DNA of 57,358 nucleotides, taken from positions 1-57,358 of the IMG/VR virus record IMGVR_UViG_3300034104_004986; one strand, 5' to 3'. The stretch comes from a virus (Duplodnaviria; Caudoviricetes). The notes below the pieces were generated by a model that saw nothing but the letters and a program-made list of their open reading frames with translations, was not told the origin of the DNA and searched no databases. This document shows, one piece after another, positions 54,051 to 57,358 of this stretch (positions within the stretch are counted from its first letter, which is position 1; the number at the start of each line of letters is the position of its first letter). The translations under genes and the position numbers were made by a program.

Positions 54051-55776
54051 CTAGTACATTATCCATATGTCGCCTGGGTTTCCTGTCTCTGCTGGAGGAG
54101 CAACTCCATTTGATAACCAAATTGATTTTGGAGTTGGTGCATTATTATAACCTCCACCAACAGTTATAAATCCACCAGTAGATCCAGTTGAAGTTACTAC
54201 TATTGACTTTACTTTTAAGTTTCCTTCAGAGTCTAAAGAAAATGATGCTTCTCTAGGATCAACTGCTCCAGCCCACATTCTATAAAAAGGGCCACTTTCT
54301 GGATCGGGTGGATTATCATCAGTATACAAATCTTTTAATAAAACTCTTGGATTAGAAGAAGTGTACGTGTATAAGCCTTCTAAATCATCATCATGTATTT
54401 CTTTAATATTTTGATCTTCACCATATATAACAATGATTAATTCATTTGCTTCAAGTAATTCCCCTTGTTCTGCAGATCCATTAACTAATTGATAATCACT
54501 TTCTGAAACATACATTATAGAAAAATCTTTATTATTAAATATAGAAAGATCACCAACGAATCCAGAGAAGTTAACAGAAATTCCAGACAATGCTTCTATT
54601 CCGGTTCCATCTCCCACTTCTGTGGGAGATACTTGATATTCTGATGGAAGTTGTGTTCTATCTATCTTTAGGTATATTGAAGAATAATGATCATCAAAAA
54701 GATCATATTCATCATCAACTAAAACTGATAAAATATTTATTTCCGTTTGTTCTCCAGTGATAAAAGTAGAACCAGATGCCAAAGTAAATCTATTCGCATT
54801 TGTTCCAGAAAATAGATAACCTCTCTTATCAATCTGCCAACCTTTAATTCCGCCAATTCTTCCACTGCTTGATTCAAGCTTTCCAGTTACGGTAAGACCA
54901 TCTTCTGGACTCCAACTTATTCCGTCAGCTATACTAAATCTACTATTTCCATCAATATAGAATGTTGTATATTTTGTTGAATATTGTGGTGGCTGAGAAC
55001 CTTTTACTAGACTTATAATATTGTCATCATTAGATTCACCTGTAGTTAAGATAATCTTATTCTCAGAAGGACCATTAATACTTAACTTACCAAACTCTGC
55101 CTCTCCAGTTCCTTTAATTATCCAACCGGAATATGGATCCTCTTGATAGTCAGAAGATCTTAATACAGCTACACCTGCTGGAGCAGAATATTGTGTTTGT
55201 GCTCCAGATTGGGTCAGAATAATTTCATGGGCACCAATTGTGCCTGCAGTAATTTTGGAAGCTGTTAATGAATCTATATATTGACTCTGTATCAAAGGTG
55301 TTTTATCATCGGTTAATACTAACGAAGACCAGCTACCCTCATTTCTTGAAGTATCTACAGACTTAATTCTTCCATAATATCTTTTTGGAGTTTCTACTCC
55401 GAGAGTTGTTTTTGGTAGAGTTTTCTACAGCTACAGTAAAAACATTTGAACCAGAATAACCTTCTCTATAAGGTTCTCCTGAAATTGTATAGTTTCCAAC
55501 TGTTCCAGAAATTTGTGATTCATTGTATAGTTCATATTTATAATTAAATACATCTTTTTCTTGACTGTTATCAAAAACAAACATTACAGTTTCAAAAGAT
55601 GCATATAGTTCTAAATTTGTTGGAGCATCTGGTATGGAATCATCCTGTGGAATAGTGACAACTATTGAATCTACTGTATTAGAATATATATTTAAGTCTG
55701 GATTTTTTGACCTAACTGTTATTAGATAGTCTTTTCCTGGTTTTAAATTTTCTATTTTCTTTTTTATAATAGTCAT
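54051..55776 (-). CDS. Tail tip/fibre protein (~574 aa); joined from 55363..55776 and 54051..55295 by a +1 shift at CGG 55401
   Basis: The shift completes an FN3 domain (PDAPTNLEL...YYGRIKSVDTSRNEGSWS); then LTASKITAGTI and GWIIKGTGEAEF tail-tip motifs; C-terminal PGDIWIMY. Confidence 0.7.
55398..55401 (-). other. +1 recoding site CGG-A (codon 126)
   Basis: AAC AAC TCT CGG AGT AGA...TAA vs TCT C GGA GTA GAA ACT CCA. Confidence 0.8.
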
Positions 55777-56711
55777 TACGATACTCCAGTTATATTTTTA
55801 GTTAACAAATATGGACTTATTTGTTCTTCACCAAAAGTTAAAAATTGATCTAAAGAATAAGAAAAGCTGTTAATTTTTACTTTATTAGATGACGACAATG
55901 CATTTTTTTCTTCATCACAAACTATTTCAAAAAGATAATCACCTTTTGGTAGGTCTTCTTTGGAATAGACTATTTTATTATCTTTTGTAGTAGAGAATAA
56001 ATCTATTATTAAATTATTTTCAATAAATATATTCTCTGGTGTTGCTTCATTTTTTACTGATAAAATAGTTAATTTAATTTTTCCACGATCTGGACCAACT
56101 TCACAATTAAGATTAAAATTTGGACCCGTAAAAATACCTGAGACTTTTGCACCAGTTATTGTAGACTCTCCATTTTTCCAATCTACATTTTGATTCAAAA
56201 AAGAAAATCCATAATAGGCGATATCTTCAATGTTTACTGTCAACAGCAAATTTCTATCCACCTCAACAGAAGATGAGTAGCTTGAAATTTGTTCTAAAGT
56301 TTCTTGATATTCTTCATTTTCCCCATTTGTAACTTTTATCAAGTTTTTAATTTTTTTAGTCTTATAATATAAATTATATTCTTTTTGTATTTCTTCGTTT
56401 TTTAAATGTGTTTCTGCAGTTTGAAAATATAAAAAATTATCAACTATTTTAGATGGAACACAAATAAATTCTGTTGAATTTTCTGATTCATTCTCATATG
56501 AAACAATGTAAGATCTATCGTCTGTAACTTCATTTAATTGTGAATTAATAAATGAATCTATCTTATGCTCATTAAGGTCAACAAATAGCCAAGTATCTTT
56601 TTCTATATTTTGTTTTACTGTCGGAAAAAAAATTCTTCTTTTTAAATTACCATATTTATAATTTTGTGAAGGAAGTTCTTCTCCAAGTTTTATGTATCTA
56701 AACCAGGACAT
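55776..56711 (-). CDS. Hypothetical virion protein with carbohydrate-binding-like C-terminal domain
   Basis: FTGPNF..GPDRGK..IDLFS..VYSKEDL..NALSS..INSF pattern; TAATG coupling. Confidence 0.55.
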   Translation of the reverse strand: MSWFRYIKLGEELPSQNYKYGNLKRRIFFPTVKQNIEKDTWLFVDLNEHKIDSFINSQLNEVTDDRSYIVSYENESENSTEFICVPSKIVDNFLYFQTAETHLKNEEIQKEYNLYYKTKKIKNLIKVTNGENEEYQETLEQISSYSSSVEVDRNLLLTVNIEDIAYYGFSFLNQNVDWKNGESTITGAKVSGIFTGPNFNLNCEVGPDRGKIKLTILSVKNEATPENIFIENNLIIDLFSTTKDNKIVYSKEDLPKGDYLFEIVCDEEKNALSSSNKVKINSFSYSLDQFLTFGEEQISPYLLTKNITGVS

Positions 56712-57358
56712 TATTCTACCTCAGCTATTATTATTTCATATTCTGGAACTAAATCTGTATCTGGAGATTCTATAGATATTATTAAATCTATAACTGGAAT
56801 CCCTCCATCTATAATATCAGAGATAAAAGAATCTACACCTATTGAAAGTGGTTTTGCAACGTAAGTTTCGGAATCTTGTTTTGGAGTATCGTAATCTATA
56901 TCTGTTGATTTTATTTTGACAGAACCATCAATACCATTGTGTGAATGTGAAGATATATTTACTCCATCTATTGTTGAATTATTTTCAATCAAAATATTAC
57001 CAGTTATAGCTCCACCAGATTTCAATAAATACTGAGGATGATGATCCTCTTCTAGTCCTGATAGGCTGGCATGGTTCGATATTAAATCACTCTCATACTT
57101 TAACTTATATTCAGAATTTTTGAAGAATATAAGGTAATCATCCTTTTTAACATTAACAACTGTTTTTTGTTTTGGTGTTCCTTTAAAAGATAATTGAAAA
57201 AGATAGTTACAGTATTTTCTTTTATTGTTAATAAAATAAAACAAAGAGTCTATTTTTGCACTTATAATATGACTTCTTTGAATCATGTCAGTTAATATCA
57301 TTCCAACGTTTGCATTAATTACATTTGTTGCAATAACTAATTCTGACGACAATATCGG
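56711..57358 (-). CDS. Virion structural protein, partial (starts beyond the right end)
   Basis: Frame open to the window edge; HASLSGLEEDHHPQYL and IDGVNISSHSH motifs typical of fibre/spike proteins. Confidence 0.6.
   Translation of the reverse strand, partial: PILSSELVIATNVINANVGMILTDMIQRSHIISAKIDSLFYFINNKRKYCNYLFQLSFKGTPKQKTVVNVKKDDYLIFFKNSEYKLKYESDLISNHASLSGLEEDHHPQYLLKSGGAITGNILIENNSTIDGVNISSHSHNGIDGSVKIKSTDIDYDTPKQDSETYVAKPLSIGVDSFISDIIDGGIPVIDLIISIESPDTDLVPEYEIIIAEVE

Noticed and set aside
9476-55401. Homopolymer sequencing errors or pseudogenisation as the cause of the breaks
   Set aside because: The extra base is not in a homopolymer, many long A/T runs are frame-intact, all breaks are +1 with the same codon, and no other decay is seen. 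A context-specific artefact remains formally possible until reads are checked.
9250-55776. Stop-codon reassignment (TAG/TGA read-through) as the cause of gene fragmentation
   Set aside because: Fragments are in different frames rather than separated by in-frame stops, and six of the seven frame-0 stops are TAA.
1-57358. tRNA genes (including a frameshift-suppressor tRNA), introns, inteins, integrase or transposase
   Set aside because: None recognised. Intergenic gaps are short and accounted for by promoters or terminators, so any recoding factor must be encoded outside this window or by the host.

Overview
A 57-kb, AT-rich segment of a large (jumbo-type) contractile-tailed phage genome. Essentially all real genes are on the minus strand and form the virion morphogenesis region. 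In transcription order (right to left) it holds: tail-tip/FN3 proteins, portal, GT2 glycosyltransferase, prohead protease/scaffold, decoration protein, major capsid protein, fibre/collagen/Gly-rich proteins, an accessory cassette (2OG-Fe(II) oxygenase, flavin-dependent halogenase), head-tail joining proteins, two sheath-like and three tube-like genes, two chaperone paralogs, and three giant proteins. Main discovery: six structural genes are broken by seven +1 reading-frame changes, and each break contains an in-frame CGG codon (CGG-A x6, CGG-T x1). Skipping one base there gives a GGN Gly codon and restores one continuous ORF. In a manual scan these seven were the only in-frame CGG codons in the genuine genes, while out-of-frame CGG is common. 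This points to codon-specific recoding (CGGN read as a 4-nt unit, or a programmed +1 shift at CGG) that gates low-copy virion proteins. A systematic sequencing artefact is not excluded without reads or proteomics. Secondary observations: a candidate virion two-barrel RNA polymerase; SNase-like and RlpA-like domains in the giant baseplate hub; a 23S rRNA helix-69-like sequence just after the capsid stop codon; a recurrent Ala-Thr-Pro motif in head/neck/sheath proteins; and a His-rich insert. All annotations come from motif recognition and gene order, with no database searches.
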